Position numbers and translations under genes: made by a program | Sequence record: NC_071007.1 | DNA length: 64,000 nt | Strand: one strand, 5' to 3' | Part shown: positions 18,348 through 29,013 of the stretch, piece after piece | Position numbering within the stretch: the first letter of the stretch is position 1 | Layout: the number at the start of each line of letters is the position of its first letter | The notes under the pieces: generated by a model | Seen by the model: only the letters and a program-made list of their open reading frames with translations | The model's database searches: none | Told to the model about the DNA's origin: nothing

Positions 18348-21300
18348 TACTGTTTACCTCAAAAGAAGAAACGATACTCAATTTACCTTTTAAGTAAAGA
18401 TCATTAATCCTACTTAACATAGTTAATTGATTTGGTGTAACAACAGGTTTGCTTACATTACTGTATGCGTGGAATGCAAAGAACCGATCATCCATCCCAA
18501 GAATAATAGGATCAAATTTTAATAACCACTGGTAATTACGAGTTAAGTTATCTACTACTTGATCACTATACCCAATTTCTGAGTCATTAGGTTCTGGAAC
18601 TTCAATAAACCCAAGTAGAATTTCATTAACAATTTGAGACATGAAAGGACTGAACATCCGATACCTGTCTTGTTCAAGGAACGGTGCCGTGATAGGAACA
18701 ACAGGTTTATATTTAACAAACTCAGTTAAATAACTACTAACACGTTTGTCAAGTTCACGAGATGTTTCAAATCCCCAGTAAAGATCATGTTCATCTACAT
18801 ATCGGTTTGCGCAATAAACATGTTTTACTTCATACGGAAATCCGTTATAAAGTGCCATGTTATTACCATGGTTAATTGTCTCAGCCCAATCAATAGTATC
18901 TGTCATAAACAAACGACCAGCTGCTATTGTTTTTGTTGGGCGATCTATCCTAAGATTGTAACGACCATTATAACCAATTACACCATTTTGAACAAACCCT
19001 AATTCACTACTTGGAATCATGCCCTTAGCTGAAAGTCCCCTTGCACGATAAGCAATCTGATTGACTTCATTTTCATTCAACCACATTTTGCTAATGACGT
19101 AAACACGAGGAAAATCTATTACATAATCAATGTTTTCACTAACAGGATGATTATTAATCCAAACATCAATTTGGGCAGGTTCTATTGTTAAAGGTAATCC
19201 ACCAACAGTAAAATCATTACTAATTGTAAACCAAATGGATTTATCCATATGAGTTAATTCAAACTCATTGTAAAGATGATTGCTATCAAAAACCACCATC
19301 CCTACTTGGTTGGTTAAATTAAAGTTCCAAACGAGATAACCATTTTCAATGTAGTATTGATTGGTGTCTGTAATGTCTTCCCATTTACCATCAGGATGCC
19401 CACCAGAATTACTATAAACATAATTCGGGTTTTCATAATCGCTTGAACTAAATATGGGAACTACTGTTGGATCAGGATATAAAGACTCACCATTACCAGT
19501 AATTTCATATTCATTATCAAAGAGACCAACTGGCTCCGGATCAGGTTGGTCAGGGTCGATTACCCAACCTGCCTTATAAACTCTAAACCCATACCCTGCT
19601 TTAAGTAAAACATCTTGACGACTAATAATGTAATCAATCGACTTCAATGCTTGTCCAACTACAAACTCTACGTAATAACCATTTTCTCCTGGTATAAACC
19701 ATTCGCGATTAATGATTGGAGTTTTACGTAAATATAGACCATTAATGTCATATTCGTATGCGGTTGAATTTTCAACATAACTTGCAGGAATCCGATAACC
19801 TAAACCTGATTCAAATGGTTCATGCTTTATTACATCAGTATGTCCAGGTGAACCAGGTGTGTTGTAAGGCATACAAACAACAGATTTCGATAATGCCATA
19901 GCACAACCATTATAACCTAACGCATTTCTTACTGATTTAGTATCGATCTGTTGAATAATCGAATTAAGCACTGCATTAGTAGTAGATTTCTCTAATTCAG
20001 GTGCCGACCATTCTAAAACCGTTGCATTTGGCCCAATCATAGCTGCAAGAATTTGATTTGGATCTTCGAGTAAGTAAAGATCATTAATCCTACTTACGTT
20101 AGGTCCAAGATTAAATTCCCATTTCGTGGAACGATAGAGAACTTCAATGCTCATATCTTTTTCGGTTGAATGTCCAGTTGTATCTAAAGCAATCAATTGA
20201 GAAACTAAGAATTCAACATATTGACTAGTCATAGATAAATCTTGATGAGTCAACTGTCTAATTGCATCGGCATTATTTCGATTAAAATAAAAACCTTGTT
20301 TTGTTTTCTTATTAACAATGTAAAAATCACAATCATCAAAATAGTGATATTTACGAGGTTTTGTAAGAAGACCTGGAAACAGTAGTAATTTTCTTTTACT
20401 GTCTAGTACTGAATAGAAGTCATTCAAACTTTTATAATCATAAACAATTCGTTGTTTAATTGTTGGATCATAATAGACCTCTAACATATCACCCAGTTTA
20501 CCAATGTATTTATCGATATCGGAAACAATCCCATTAACGAAAAATAAAACATGACCCATATTAAAACTCTTAAAGACGTTATATTGAGTTTTAACTTTAA
20601 TCAAATCCGTTGGTCCGTTAAATTCTGTATAACTAAAACCAAACCGCCATTTGACTTGTTCAGCTTGGCTAATAATGGCTGTGTTGATATCTGTCGTATA
20701 ACACCGCAAGTACATGTTTTTATCATGAGGAAGAGGATAAACAGATGTAATTGGTATGGCGATTAAAGTAATACCTTCGTACGCATTTAGCGCATAAGCA
20801 TTACTTCTAGGAAAGATATAACCTTTCCCATTGTAAAGATCTAATGCAACACCTCGGTCATTAGAAATGGTTGAGAGTTTTACCCACGTATTAAAGGGAT
20901 CCCAAGTTTGACGACTTTCAAACATGTTCCAAAAATTAGGGTCTAACCCACCCATGGAATAAACAACAAAAAACTTTTCTTCTTCAGGCAATCTAAACAG
21001 TTTACCCATAAAGAAAAAATCATTAATATGACCAAGTGGTGGAGTGATTCGCGCTAACTTTAAATGGTATTGAGAATCCAGTTCTCGATTACCCCACATG
21101 TTTTTAACGGCATAATCTACCAAGGGTTCCGGATATAAATTCCAAGGTTTTGATAACCTATCAGTACGTTCATACTTTACAATTTGATTATAACCTGAAA
21201 ACTGTAAAGAAATGCTACCTTTAACAAAACGAGTAGAAGGTTCTTCTTGAACATTAACCATTGGAAGTTTATAACTGTATTTTCCCTGTAAAGGTTCAGC

Positions 21301-21804
21301 AGCTACTAACGTAGGTGTAAATGTTTCTGGAGCATTTGAATAAGTTTGAACAGAAATTGTATTAGGAACATTGACAGGTGTTTTATCATCAGTTCGTTCC
21401 ATTACCAAGGTAAAGAATAATTCATTCTCTTCTTGATACAATTCAACAACAGTTACACTAATCGGATCGACAGTCACCGTTGTTTCATAATTTACACTAA
21501 ACCCACTGACGTTAACGTTTCCTAAGAAACGATAGTTCAGTGTTTTGTCATGAGGAAGAATAACAGGAATGCTAAAAGAAACTTCTTGTTTGACAACATC
21601 AAAATGTTGGGAAGTGGGAACAAGTGTCCCACCTTTTGTAAATGTTGCTTGATCAAGTGTTGCTACAATAGCTAAGTCCGCTTTTTCTTCCGTGGTAGAA
21701 AGTATCCCCAATACCACCGTCATGACATCTTGATTCAAACTAAATGACTTTTGAACCAGACTAAACTCGGTGACTTGATCAGACATGGAAAACCTCATTA
21801 TCAC
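18340..21804 (-). CDS. Virion structural/baseplate protein (phiKZ gp27-like) with ~220-aa N-terminal extension
   Basis: DYAVKNMWGN..LDSQY resembles the remembered gp27 N-terminus but begins at about residue 228; synteny. Confidence 0.7.
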   Translation of the reverse strand: MIMRFSMSDQVTEFSLVQKSFSLNQDVMTVVLGILSTTEEKADLAIVATLDQATFTKGGTLVPTSQHFDVVKQEVSFSIPVILPHDKTLNYRFLGNVNVSGFSVNYETTVTVDPISVTVVELYQEENELFFTLVMERTDDKTPVNVPNTISVQTYSNAPETFTPTLVAAEPLQGKYSYKLPMVNVQEEPSTRFVKGSISLQFSGYNQIVKYERTDRLSKPWNLYPEPLVDYAVKNMWGNRELDSQYHLKLARITPPLGHINDFFFMGKLFRLPEEEKFFVVYSMGGLDPNFWNMFESRQTWDPFNTWVKLSTISNDRGVALDLYNGKGYIFPRSNAYALNAYEGITLIAIPITSVYPLPHDKNMYLRCYTTDINTAIISQAEQVKWRFGFSYTEFNGPTDLIKVKTQYNVFKSFNMGHVLFFVNGIVSDIDKYIGKLGDMLEVYYDPTIKQRIVYDYKSLNDFYSVLDSKRKLLLFPGLLTKPRKYHYFDDCDFYIVNKKTKQGFYFNRNNADAIRQLTHQDLSMTSQYVEFLVSQLIALDTTGHSTEKDMSIEVLYRSTKWEFNLGPNVSRINDLYLLEDPNQILAAMIGPNATVLEWSAPELEKSTTNAVLNSIIQQIDTKSVRNALGYNGCAMALSKSVVCMPYNTPGSPGHTDVIKHEPFESGLGYRIPASYVENSTAYEYDINGLYLRKTPIINREWFIPGENGYYVEFVVGQALKSIDYIISRQDVLLKAGYGFRVYKAGWVIDPDQPDPEPVGLFDNEYEITGNGESLYPDPTVVPIFSSSDYENPNYVYSNSGGHPDGKWEDITDTNQYYIENGYLVWNFNLTNQVGMVVFDSNHLYNEFELTHMDKSIWFTISNDFTVGGLPLTIEPAQIDVWINNHPVSENIDYVIDFPRVYVISKMWLNENEVNQIAYRARGLSAKGMIPSSELGFVQNGVIGYNGRYNLRIDRPTKTIAAGRLFMTDTIDWAETINHGNNMALYNGFPYEVKHVYCANRYVDEHDLYWGFETSRELDKRVSSYLTEFVKYKPVVPITAPFLEQDRYRMFSPFMSQIVNEILLGFIEVPEPNDSEIGYSDQVVDNLTRNYQWLLKFDPIILGMDDRFFAFHAYSNVSKPVVTPNQLTMLSRINDLYLKGKLSIVSSFEVNSNV

Positions 21805-22676
21805 TGGATGTTAAGATAAAATCCAACCGTCTTAATAAATGAACCAACTTGTTGATTAGACTTAGGATCAAGTTCTTGACCAACAGCAGTATTTTGATAA
21901 AGACGTTGTGTTGCAGCAGCATAACAAATAGCAGTAAAAAGCGTTGGCATTTCAAGTGCAGCTGGAACGATTTGTTTAAAACCAGAGTTTGCAAAAAAGA
22001 TCCCAGAGGCCGCTTGAATTAAACCACTCAGATCAAGTCGATTCAAAGGAAGCAGTTCCGGATGTTCACGAATAATATTTAACAATTCTTGAATTGTGGA
22101 AACGTATCCAAGATCTTCAATGACACGTCGAACTCGCATCCCAGGAAACTTCAATGCTTGTTGTATAGAGTTCTGAGCAATAAAAGTATAATCGACGTCA
22201 GGTGATTCAATAAGGCAAACATAGTAATAAGCTAACAGAATACGGAGTGTAGTTTTCTGTTCAACATCCAGCTGTAATGCACCTTCCAATTTTCGCGCAA
22301 TAGAGTTAGCGAATGCTTTGATAGTAAAAGGGCGTACAGTTCGAATCAACGTTGTGTTTCCTTTATATGCATCTTGTTGTAACATAGCTGCAAGGAACAT
22401 CAAGTTGTATTCGGGAATATTAACATTTTGATTGTTTTTATTAAAGTAAGGACGATGATCAATAACCGTCACTTTTTCCTTTAAATAGTTCTGAATGCTG
22501 ATTGGATAGATAACTGGAGGAAGTCCCAGATCGTTAGCTTGAGTAATGGCGTAGATTCCGTTGTTATCTACCAATTCAAGTCGATCAGTGCTTTGGAGCA
22601 TTTTGATAGTTTCCGCAACTTTGTCTTTAATGCGAAAACGGGTACCTACTGAGGTGTCATAACCATTTAATATCAT
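21801..22676 (-). CDS. Virion structural protein (phiKZ gp28-like)
   Basis: 291 aa, divergent from the sheath gene as in related phages. Confidence 0.7.
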   Translation of the reverse strand: MILNGYDTSVGTRFRIKDKVAETIKMLQSTDRLELVDNNGIYAITQANDLGLPPVIYPISIQNYLKEKVTVIDHRPYFNKNNQNVNIPEYNLMFLAAMLQQDAYKGNTTLIRTVRPFTIKAFANSIARKLEGALQLDVEQKTTLRILLAYYYVCLIESPDVDYTFIAQNSIQQALKFPGMRVRRVIEDLGYVSTIQELLNIIREHPELLPLNRLDLSGLIQAASGIFFANSGFKQIVPAALEMPTLFTAICYAAATQRLYQNTAVGQELDPKSNQQVGSFIKTVGFYLNIQ

Positions 22677-22795
22677 ATCTCTAGTTCCAAATTAATGTTA
22701 TGCGTGTAAACGTCAGCCCTGTTGTGGCCTTTGGGTCATACGATTGATTTTTTTGATCAAAAAAATTCATCATTTTATTAAATTTCGGAGTCGTT

Positions 22796-25006
22796 ATGTC
22801 ATCTTTTTCTAAAGTGATTCCGGGTCGTGTGGAAAATGAAGGTATTGTCAGCCGGGAGAATAACCCCGTCGCTAATGCTGTCATCAGTTCACCTGCTCAT
22901 TGCCCCGATTTTGCTATGGTCACACCCCGAGGTCCGCTCAAGCGTGACATCGTGGCTACCGGTGACTTTAGCACTAAATTCGGTGACGTGACCGATCCTT
23001 ATGGTCCTTATTATAATCCGATTGCAGTTGCTATTTCTAAATTGGGTGCTGCCGGTCAGGCATCTTTTTCCTTTAAACGTTTAACCAATAACGAAGAACG
23101 TGCTCGCGTTATTTTTGGTGTAACTGTTTTTAAAGGTATCACTGTTCCTAACTATATGCGTGATGGCCAAGGTAACTATCAATTTGATGGCGCCGGTAAG
23201 CCAAAACCAAGTACCGACACTCCTACTGTAAATGGTATTTTTGTTTGCCCTGGGATGGTTACTCCTAAGTCTGATTCTCCTATTGGTGAAGCCAAGATTG
23301 TTGATGTAACTGCACCTGCAGGTCTGTTGGTTCCAGAATCAACTGAAGGTAAATTTATCCCTCTATTTGAAATGCTCTCTGGTGTTGGCGACAGCTATAA
23401 TGCGATGTATGCCACTTTGGGCCATTCTCAAAATACCGATTGGGGTGAGCTCTCTAAATTTGTTCGTACCTTTGGTTCTTATCCATTCACTATGGTAATC
23501 GGTGAACAGTTGGATAACGGTATCCGTGTCCCGGCAACTACCAGTAATGGTAATCCTGACGTTACTGTGACTTTGTTTGAAACTGTTGGGGATAACAATG
23601 TTCATTATGGTCTTCAGGCCGGGGTTAACCGTTTTACTGGCCGTGAAGTAAACCGTCCGGTTGTAGAACGTGCAGCGCCTTTCCAAGACGTATTTGTTTA
23701 TCGTCGTAATCTGGAAAATGTTACTGAAGATCTGTACCAAGCAGAGTTTGTTGCAGAAGCCGCCCTGGGTACCGCTCCAATTGTTCAATCTAAAAAGCTT
23801 CCGCGCGGTGCAGTAATGAACCCGTTGTCGCTGGTTGATCATAACGGTAAACCTTACTACCACATTGTATTTGGTGGTCTGTTGGATGTTACCGGCCCAG
23901 TTACCATTAAAGGAACTCGCGTTTCTCTTAATCATTACTTGAAAGCAGGTGGCGGTATTAACCCCTTTGCTAACAAGTCTGGTCAATATCCAGCTGCTCC
24001 TACTGAGTGGGATGTTGAAACTGACGGCGAATGGGTTGTAAATGTAAATTCTCCAGGTGTCGTTTCTCATAAGCAATATTGGGAAATGAACCAATATCTG
24101 TTACTGGGTTATTTAACCGGGTACCGGACCTCCTTGGATATGAAGGATGTTATCCGTAACCGTACTTCTTTCTATTGGGATCTTGGGTATAACGAAGATA
24201 TTAAAGATGCACTGATCTCCTTCCTGAATGTTCGCAAGGATATCATTGTTGGTCTGTGTGCAACTGAATATCTGGTTAAGAAAACTCAAGAACAGATTTA
24301 CTCCACTGCAGAAATGCTCAACACTAAACTGTTGATGATTCCTGAGAGCGAAACCTATCAAGCACAAGCTTGTCGTGGGTTCATTAACCTGTGGGACGCC
24401 CGTGTTGTTGATGAAGTGACGTTTGGTCGCTTCTCTTTGAACATTGATAACATGTATGCGTTTGCTTACGCAGGTGGCGGTAACGACGGTAAGATCTTTG
24501 CTAACCGCATGCCTGATCATGAAGGTAACCGTACTCTGCGGATTATGCATGATCCATTGGTTCAGTTTGAAGATGATGATCCGGCTGCTAATAACCTGAT
24601 CAAGGGTTCTGTTACTGTTACACCCCAGAATACTTCTCAATACTGTCGTCCAGCGTTCCCGTCTGTTTATCCTGATATCGACTCTGTTCTGAAGGAAGTG
24701 ACTAACGTTTGGCGAGCTGTCTGCGTAGAGAAGATTCTGGCAGACAACTGGATTCAAATTTCTGGTGACAGTCAGCGTTCTAAAGAAGGTTATATTTCCT
24801 TCATGAAGGATACTTCCGAAGCACGTATTCGGGAACGTCTGGGTGCCGTTATCAGTAACTGGGAAGTTGAACCCACATTCCGCGAAAATGCCCCGAATGC
24901 AAAATCTGTCATGTACACCATTACTCGTCTTTGGATGAATAAGGGTGTTTACATGATGAATAGCGTGTTGGAAGCATACAACGCTGATTCTCTTGAAACC
25001 CAATAA
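22796..25006 (+). CDS. Major tail sheath protein (phiKZ gp29-like)
   Basis: 736 aa, highly expressed codon bias, GGAG RBS, C-terminal WDLGY...FL..RKD sheath region, followed by tube gene. Confidence 0.85.
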   Translation: MSSFSKVIPGRVENEGIVSRENNPVANAVISSPAHCPDFAMVTPRGPLKRDIVATGDFSTKFGDVTDPYGPYYNPIAVAISKLGAAGQASFSFKRLTNNEERARVIFGVTVFKGITVPNYMRDGQGNYQFDGAGKPKPSTDTPTVNGIFVCPGMVTPKSDSPIGEAKIVDVTAPAGLLVPESTEGKFIPLFEMLSGVGDSYNAMYATLGHSQNTDWGELSKFVRTFGSYPFTMVIGEQLDNGIRVPATTSNGNPDVTVTLFETVGDNNVHYGLQAGVNRFTGREVNRPVVERAAPFQDVFVYRRNLENVTEDLYQAEFVAEAALGTAPIVQSKKLPRGAVMNPLSLVDHNGKPYYHIVFGGLLDVTGPVTIKGTRVSLNHYLKAGGGINPFANKSGQYPAAPTEWDVETDGEWVVNVNSPGVVSHKQYWEMNQYLLLGYLTGYRTSLDMKDVIRNRTSFYWDLGYNEDIKDALISFLNVRKDIIVGLCATEYLVKKTQEQIYSTAEMLNTKLLMIPESETYQAQACRGFINLWDARVVDEVTFGRFSLNIDNMYAFAYAGGGNDGKIFANRMPDHEGNRTLRIMHDPLVQFEDDDPAANNLIKGSVTVTPQNTSQYCRPAFPSVYPDIDSVLKEVTNVWRAVCVEKILADNWIQISGDSQRSKEGYISFMKDTSEARIRERLGAVISNWEVEPTFRENAPNAKSVMYTITRLWMNKGVYMMNSVLEAYNADSLETQ

Positions 25007-25017
25007 GGAGCTAATAA

Positions 25018-25920
25018 ATGAGCAGTAATTTTCCGCATCGCGATAATAAAATGCTCCTGCCTGGGAACAGTGATTTCCAGCGCGCATTTGATATCGCATC
25101 TGGTCCGGTGATTAACGCTGCTGTCGGTGGGCAATATGGCTTTGCCCCCAACAACTTCCGTTATGTTGCTGAACAACCTTATGTATCACAACGCCCCTAT
25201 TGCGTGGTACTTTCTACTCCGTCTGGCTTTAGTGCTATGCCGGGCGGTCAAGCACTCCATGGTCTGCTTCGTGCATTCATGGAAACACGTTCCCGGAACT
25301 GGGGCGGGTTAACTTCCCGTACTAGTGTCGAATACCATGACATTACTTGGGCTGGCGGTTCAACCTTAAGTTTCCCGGTTGGCTCACAACGTCAATTTGG
25401 GTCTATCAACCACATGGCGCTGGATCCAGAAGGTGAAGCATTCTCCAAACAGTTTGATGCTTGGATTAGTTACCTTTTATCTGACCCAGTCATTCGTCAT
25501 CCTAAGATCATCACTCTGAACTATGGTGGTGAACTGTTGCTGGATGAAATCTCGATGTCTTCTATTTATTTTGAACCTAACCGTAACTGGACTGACGTAC
25601 GTCACGCTGCTTTGGTTCTGGGTCAAATGCCTAAGGAAGGTCCTCAGTACGAATTTGGTTATGATGTCGAAAACGCCTCTGGTAAAGTTCGTGAAATCAA
25701 TACCGAGTTTACTGGCCTGATCGAGTTCGATACTTTTGCAGTAAAAGAGATTGCTCGTAACGTCATGAAGCGTATGCCTCTTTATAACCCTGGTGGTCGT
25801 AAAGCACCGGCTGGTTTCATGAACCCGACTTCTACCCTGCAAGGTTTGCGTGACGGTGGTATTACCAACCTGATGCAACAAGAGAAAGGGACCATTGCCC
25901 GTCCTGATTACATCGGCTAA
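25018..25920 (+). CDS. Tail tube protein (phiKZ gp30-like)
   Basis: 300 aa directly after the sheath, AAGGAG RBS, followed by terminator. Confidence 0.8.
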   Translation: MSSNFPHRDNKMLLPGNSDFQRAFDIASGPVINAAVGGQYGFAPNNFRYVAEQPYVSQRPYCVVLSTPSGFSAMPGGQALHGLLRAFMETRSRNWGGLTSRTSVEYHDITWAGGSTLSFPVGSQRQFGSINHMALDPEGEAFSKQFDAWISYLLSDPVIRHPKIITLNYGGELLLDEISMSSIYFEPNRNWTDVRHAALVLGQMPKEGPQYEFGYDVENASGKVREINTEFTGLIEFDTFAVKEIARNVMKRMPLYNPGGRKAPAGFMNPTSTLQGLRDGGITNLMQQEKGTIARPDYIG

Positions 25921-25938
25921 ACAAAAAAATAAATATAC

Positions 25939-25971
25939 AGAGAGTAGCTACCCAATGGGTAGCTACTCTCT
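25939..25971. terminator. Bidirectional terminator
   Basis: 15-bp perfect stem, loop AAT, T-run. Confidence 0.85.
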
Positions 25972-25994
25972 TTTTGTCTATTGAACAAGTTACA

Positions 25995-26453
25995 CTAAAA
26001 GGCAACCTTTAAAAGCTTCTCTTTGAATTGATGAAAAAGAAACATTTCATGATCATTAAAGTGTAAGGGCTGTAATTGATTTTCATCAACTATTCCCAAT
26101 AACACTCTATTTGATGGTGACATGTTGGGATCAAGTGTTTTAACAAAATCTAAAAAGGCGGTTTTGGTAACGCCATCTGGAATGTCGAGAGCGAATCCTT
26201 TACCAATAACCTTTTCAAATTTAATTCTTTTATTGTTGGTATGATACCGTATATTTATCCCGTAGCAATTATTATCGCTATCTTTTCCAACCATAACGTA
26301 TAGGTTGTTTTTCCAAAGGTCATGCCACCTAAAAGCATACTCACACTCTTTTAGATTAAACCAAAGGAATTTCCATAACCCAACGAGGATAAGCAACAAA
26401 AGAAATACTGTTGCTAAAATCCACAGAGAGCTAATAAAGAATGTTGTCATCAT
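25995..26453 (-). CDS. Membrane protein with N-terminal TM helix
   Basis: Hydrophobic FFISSLWILATVFLLLLILVGLW. Confidence 0.7.
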   Translation of the reverse strand: MMTTFFISSLWILATVFLLLLILVGLWKFLWFNLKECEYAFRWHDLWKNNLYVMVGKDSDNNCYGINIRYHTNNKRIKFEKVIGKGFALDIPDGVTKTAFLDFVKTLDPNMSPSNRVLLGIVDENQLQPLHFNDHEMFLFHQFKEKLLKVAF

Positions 26454-26467
26454 GACTCGACTCCATA

Positions 26468-27199
26468 TTACTCAGTTTTTGTTATTGCTTTAAACTGATT
26501 TAAAATGAGTGTATTAAAAGTGTACTCATTCTCCGGTTTCAAATAGTATTTGAAATTCTCCCATTCTTGATGGAAAAATTCCAACCCAATATCAGGGTAG
26601 CTTTTCCAGTGATACCCATCAATACCAAACTTATCGTGAAGATGTTCTTTTACTTCTTGTAAGAAAACAACAGGACTATCTCCAGGTGTATAATCCCCAC
26701 GATGCAATCTAAATTGAATGCAACGTTTAATGTAAGTATGAATATCAGGTTTACCAGAATCAGCAACACTGACGATTTCAGAAATGATAGTGGACGGTTT
26801 ATCTTTATTTGAAGAACGATGCTCCAATACAGCAGTAGCGATTGTGAGCACTTCTTCGTCGCTGTATTCTCCCCGACTGAATCGATGGAGAATTTCATAT
26901 GTAAGTCCATAACCTATCAGATGATGGAATTTACGTTCAAACCGACAACCAAGATCATGGAACAAACACGCCAGCATTACCAGTTCTTTTTCACGAGGAG
27001 TAATACCTATTTTATCAGAAATTTCAACACCCAACTTGCAAACATCATAAACATGTCCGAGGTGATGTGCTGGATCATTCATTGAAATACTTTCAGTACA
27101 ATAAATGATCAAATCTCGTTTAATAGAGTGCTCAAATAACGCATCAAATTTGTTAATATAATCATTAACCAATTTAACATCAGAGTTAAAATATTCCAT
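26468..27199 (-). CDS. HD-domain phosphohydrolase
   Basis: HHLGH...LFHDLG...HH...EHR...VAD. Confidence 0.85.
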   Translation of the reverse strand: MEYFNSDVKLVNDYINKFDALFEHSIKRDLIIYCTESISMNDPAHHLGHVYDVCKLGVEISDKIGITPREKELVMLACLFHDLGCRFERKFHHLIGYGLTYEILHRFSRGEYSDEEVLTIATAVLEHRSSNKDKPSTIISEIVSVADSGKPDIHTYIKRCIQFRLHRGDYTPGDSPVVFLQEVKEHLHDKFGIDGYHWKSYPDIGLEFFHQEWENFKYYLKPENEYTFNTLILNQFKAITKTE

Positions 27200-27260
27200 T
27201 TCATTTTCCTTTGTTTAAATACATTGAAATAATATTGAACTATAAAAATATGGGTATATA

Positions 27261-27289
27261 ACTTCCCCAAGGAATGACCTTGGGGAAGT
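27261..27289 (-). terminator. Intrinsic terminator
   Basis: 12-bp stem ACTTCCCCAAGG/CCTTGGGGAAGT. Confidence 0.75.
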
Positions 27290-27292
27290 AGA

Positions 27293-27949
27293 TTACAAAC
27301 TAACAGGATTAGAGATTAATTCAACAGAACTACAGCTTTGAAAATTAATCTTATCGTAGATCTGTTTAAAATCCTTTACTGTCATAGTAGGTCCGTACCC
27401 AACAATTTTTGTAATGTAATCATTATCAGTTTGTTCAACAACAAAACTAATGATCCCGTCTTCGGGAAGATTGTTGATATCTTTCAACACTTCCGCAAGA
27501 TTACTATCATTTCTGGAACTGGAAAAAAGTTGCGAGGTTTTCAAATCATTTTCATAAACCATATCGATCCCTGGTTTATAATAAACAATTGCAAAATCAG
27601 TTACTAACACAGTTTCATCATTGATCAATGAATGATGATAACTATACTGATAAGTCCCAGTTCTCCCATCACACGTTAATACTGAACTGACTTCTGATTC
27701 AGTGGAAAGGAAATTTACTATCAGTCCTTTGTCATCTGGATAAGTAAAACCAACCTGCGGAGTCTGAACTTCTAGTACTGCTACAAACTCACCAAGTATT
27801 TCACGACGTTGACGTTCCCATTCTTCAACTGTTTTAGCACTCGGCTCTACTTTTTGTACAATAACAGAACCGCCACTGAGTCCTTTCGCAAAGGAAATGG
27901 TCAACAGAAAACCCAGAATAACAAAGATTCCCATAAATATCTTTTTCAT
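27293..27949 (-). CDS. Exported protein with signal peptide or anchor
   Basis: MKK + hydrophobic IFMGIFVILGFLLTISFA. Confidence 0.75.
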   Translation of the reverse strand: MKKIFMGIFVILGFLLTISFAKGLSGGSVIVQKVEPSAKTVEEWERQRREILGEFVAVLEVQTPQVGFTYPDDKGLIVNFLSTESEVSSVLTCDGRTGTYQYSYHHSLINDETVLVTDFAIVYYKPGIDMVYENDLKTSQLFSSSRNDSNLAEVLKDINNLPEDGIISFVVEQTDNDYITKIVGYGPTMTVKDFKQIYDKINFQSCSSVELISNPVSL

Positions 27950-27974
27950 AATGTATCCCTTCTAAATTAGGTTA

Positions 27975-28232
27975 TTAAAACATGCCATCAAAATAGCTAT
28001 TTATTTTGTTACCATTTCCATCTATTTCTTTTCTAAGCAAGTAATAATCAGTGGGCGTTATCCCACCGATTTTCCTTGGACTTTTTGCCAACACAGAAAT
28101 TAAATAAAAATCCATGTCGGCATAAATCTTACGGTGATCTTCGATTAACATCAGAACTAAAATAAACAACACAATAATACCTATGGTGATGACACAGATC
28201 ACCAGATAATTACTAATCGTAGTCATCTCCAT
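27975..28232 (-). CDS. Small single-pass membrane protein
   Basis: LVICVITIGIIVLFILVLMLI. Confidence 0.65.
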   Translation of the reverse strand: MEMTTISNYLVICVITIGIIVLFILVLMLIEDHRKIYADMDFYLISVLAKSPRKIGGITPTDYYLLRKEIDGNGNKINSYFDGMF

Positions 28233-28242
28233 AGTTATCTCC

Positions 28243-28896
28243 TTAACTATCGTGAGTTTGATTAATCGTTACCATGACGTTTTCAGACCCAGTGGCGGCA
28301 TCACACGCCATACCATAATCTTGTTTCATCATAGCTTGTGTAAACTGTTTTGCTACTTCTACCGGATAAAGGTAAGAAACAACATTGGTGGTGATTTGAC
28401 CTTGCATTCCAACATTATAAACAACAAATGCAAAATAACCATTTTCACCCCGGTTTTTAACCTCAATCATACTTTCACGAAGATTCAATTTATTACGACC
28501 AGGAATCATTAAATCATATTGATCATTAATAAAGAGTTCTTGCGCTTGAGTAGTATTTTGAGGATACCATTGTATTGCAATATTTGTCCCCCAATTGCTG
28601 TATTCACCTTGAACGTCTTTTGCGTCATAATTAACCAACAAAGCTGGATTATTTTTACGACAGAACAAACTAAAGGTTTGTTCTTCCCCTAATTTATTTG
28701 TTCCTTTAATCCCTATCTGAAAATGTTGAGTAGGGGTGATAGAAGTAATGATTTCCCACTTAACTGCCGGTTGAAGTTGGTAAACCAATTCAGGACCATC
28801 TTCACTCAGTGCTTTTACCCCGGTAGAAACCAAGAGAAGAAAAGAAAGAAGTAACTCAATGTAATGCTTGATTGTTTTCATTTGGAAACCCTCCAA
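28243..28896 (-). CDS. Secreted protein (likely start MKTIK at 28881)
   Basis: Sec-like signal ending VKA/LS; two Cys. Confidence 0.7.
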   Translation of the reverse strand: MEGFQMKTIKHYIELLLSFLLLVSTGVKALSEDGPELVYQLQPAVKWEIITSITPTQHFQIGIKGTNKLGEEQTFSLFCRKNNPALLVNYDAKDVQGEYSNWGTNIAIQWYPQNTTQAQELFINDQYDLMIPGRNKLNLRESMIEVKNRGENGYFAFVVYNVGMQGQITTNVVSYLYPVEVAKQFTQAMMKQDYGMACDAATGSENVMVTINQTHDS

Positions 28897-29013
28897 AAAG
28901 ACAAACGCCGCAAGGCCTATCCAGTCACTATGACTATATATGCCTGTAAATATATGGAATTAAATTATCAAAACACCACAACGCCCCTCCTGGTGTTGTG
29001 GTGTAATGTTCTT

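Noticed and set aside
23363-25881. Long antisense ORFs (243, 328 and 134 aa) opposite sheath and tube genes
   Set aside because: Expected shadows of strong codon bias in highly expressed genes; no RBS or motifs
26468-27199. HD protein as an anti-CBASS or signalling-nucleotide hydrolase
   Set aside because: Only generic HD motifs are visible; nothing in the sequence indicates the substrate
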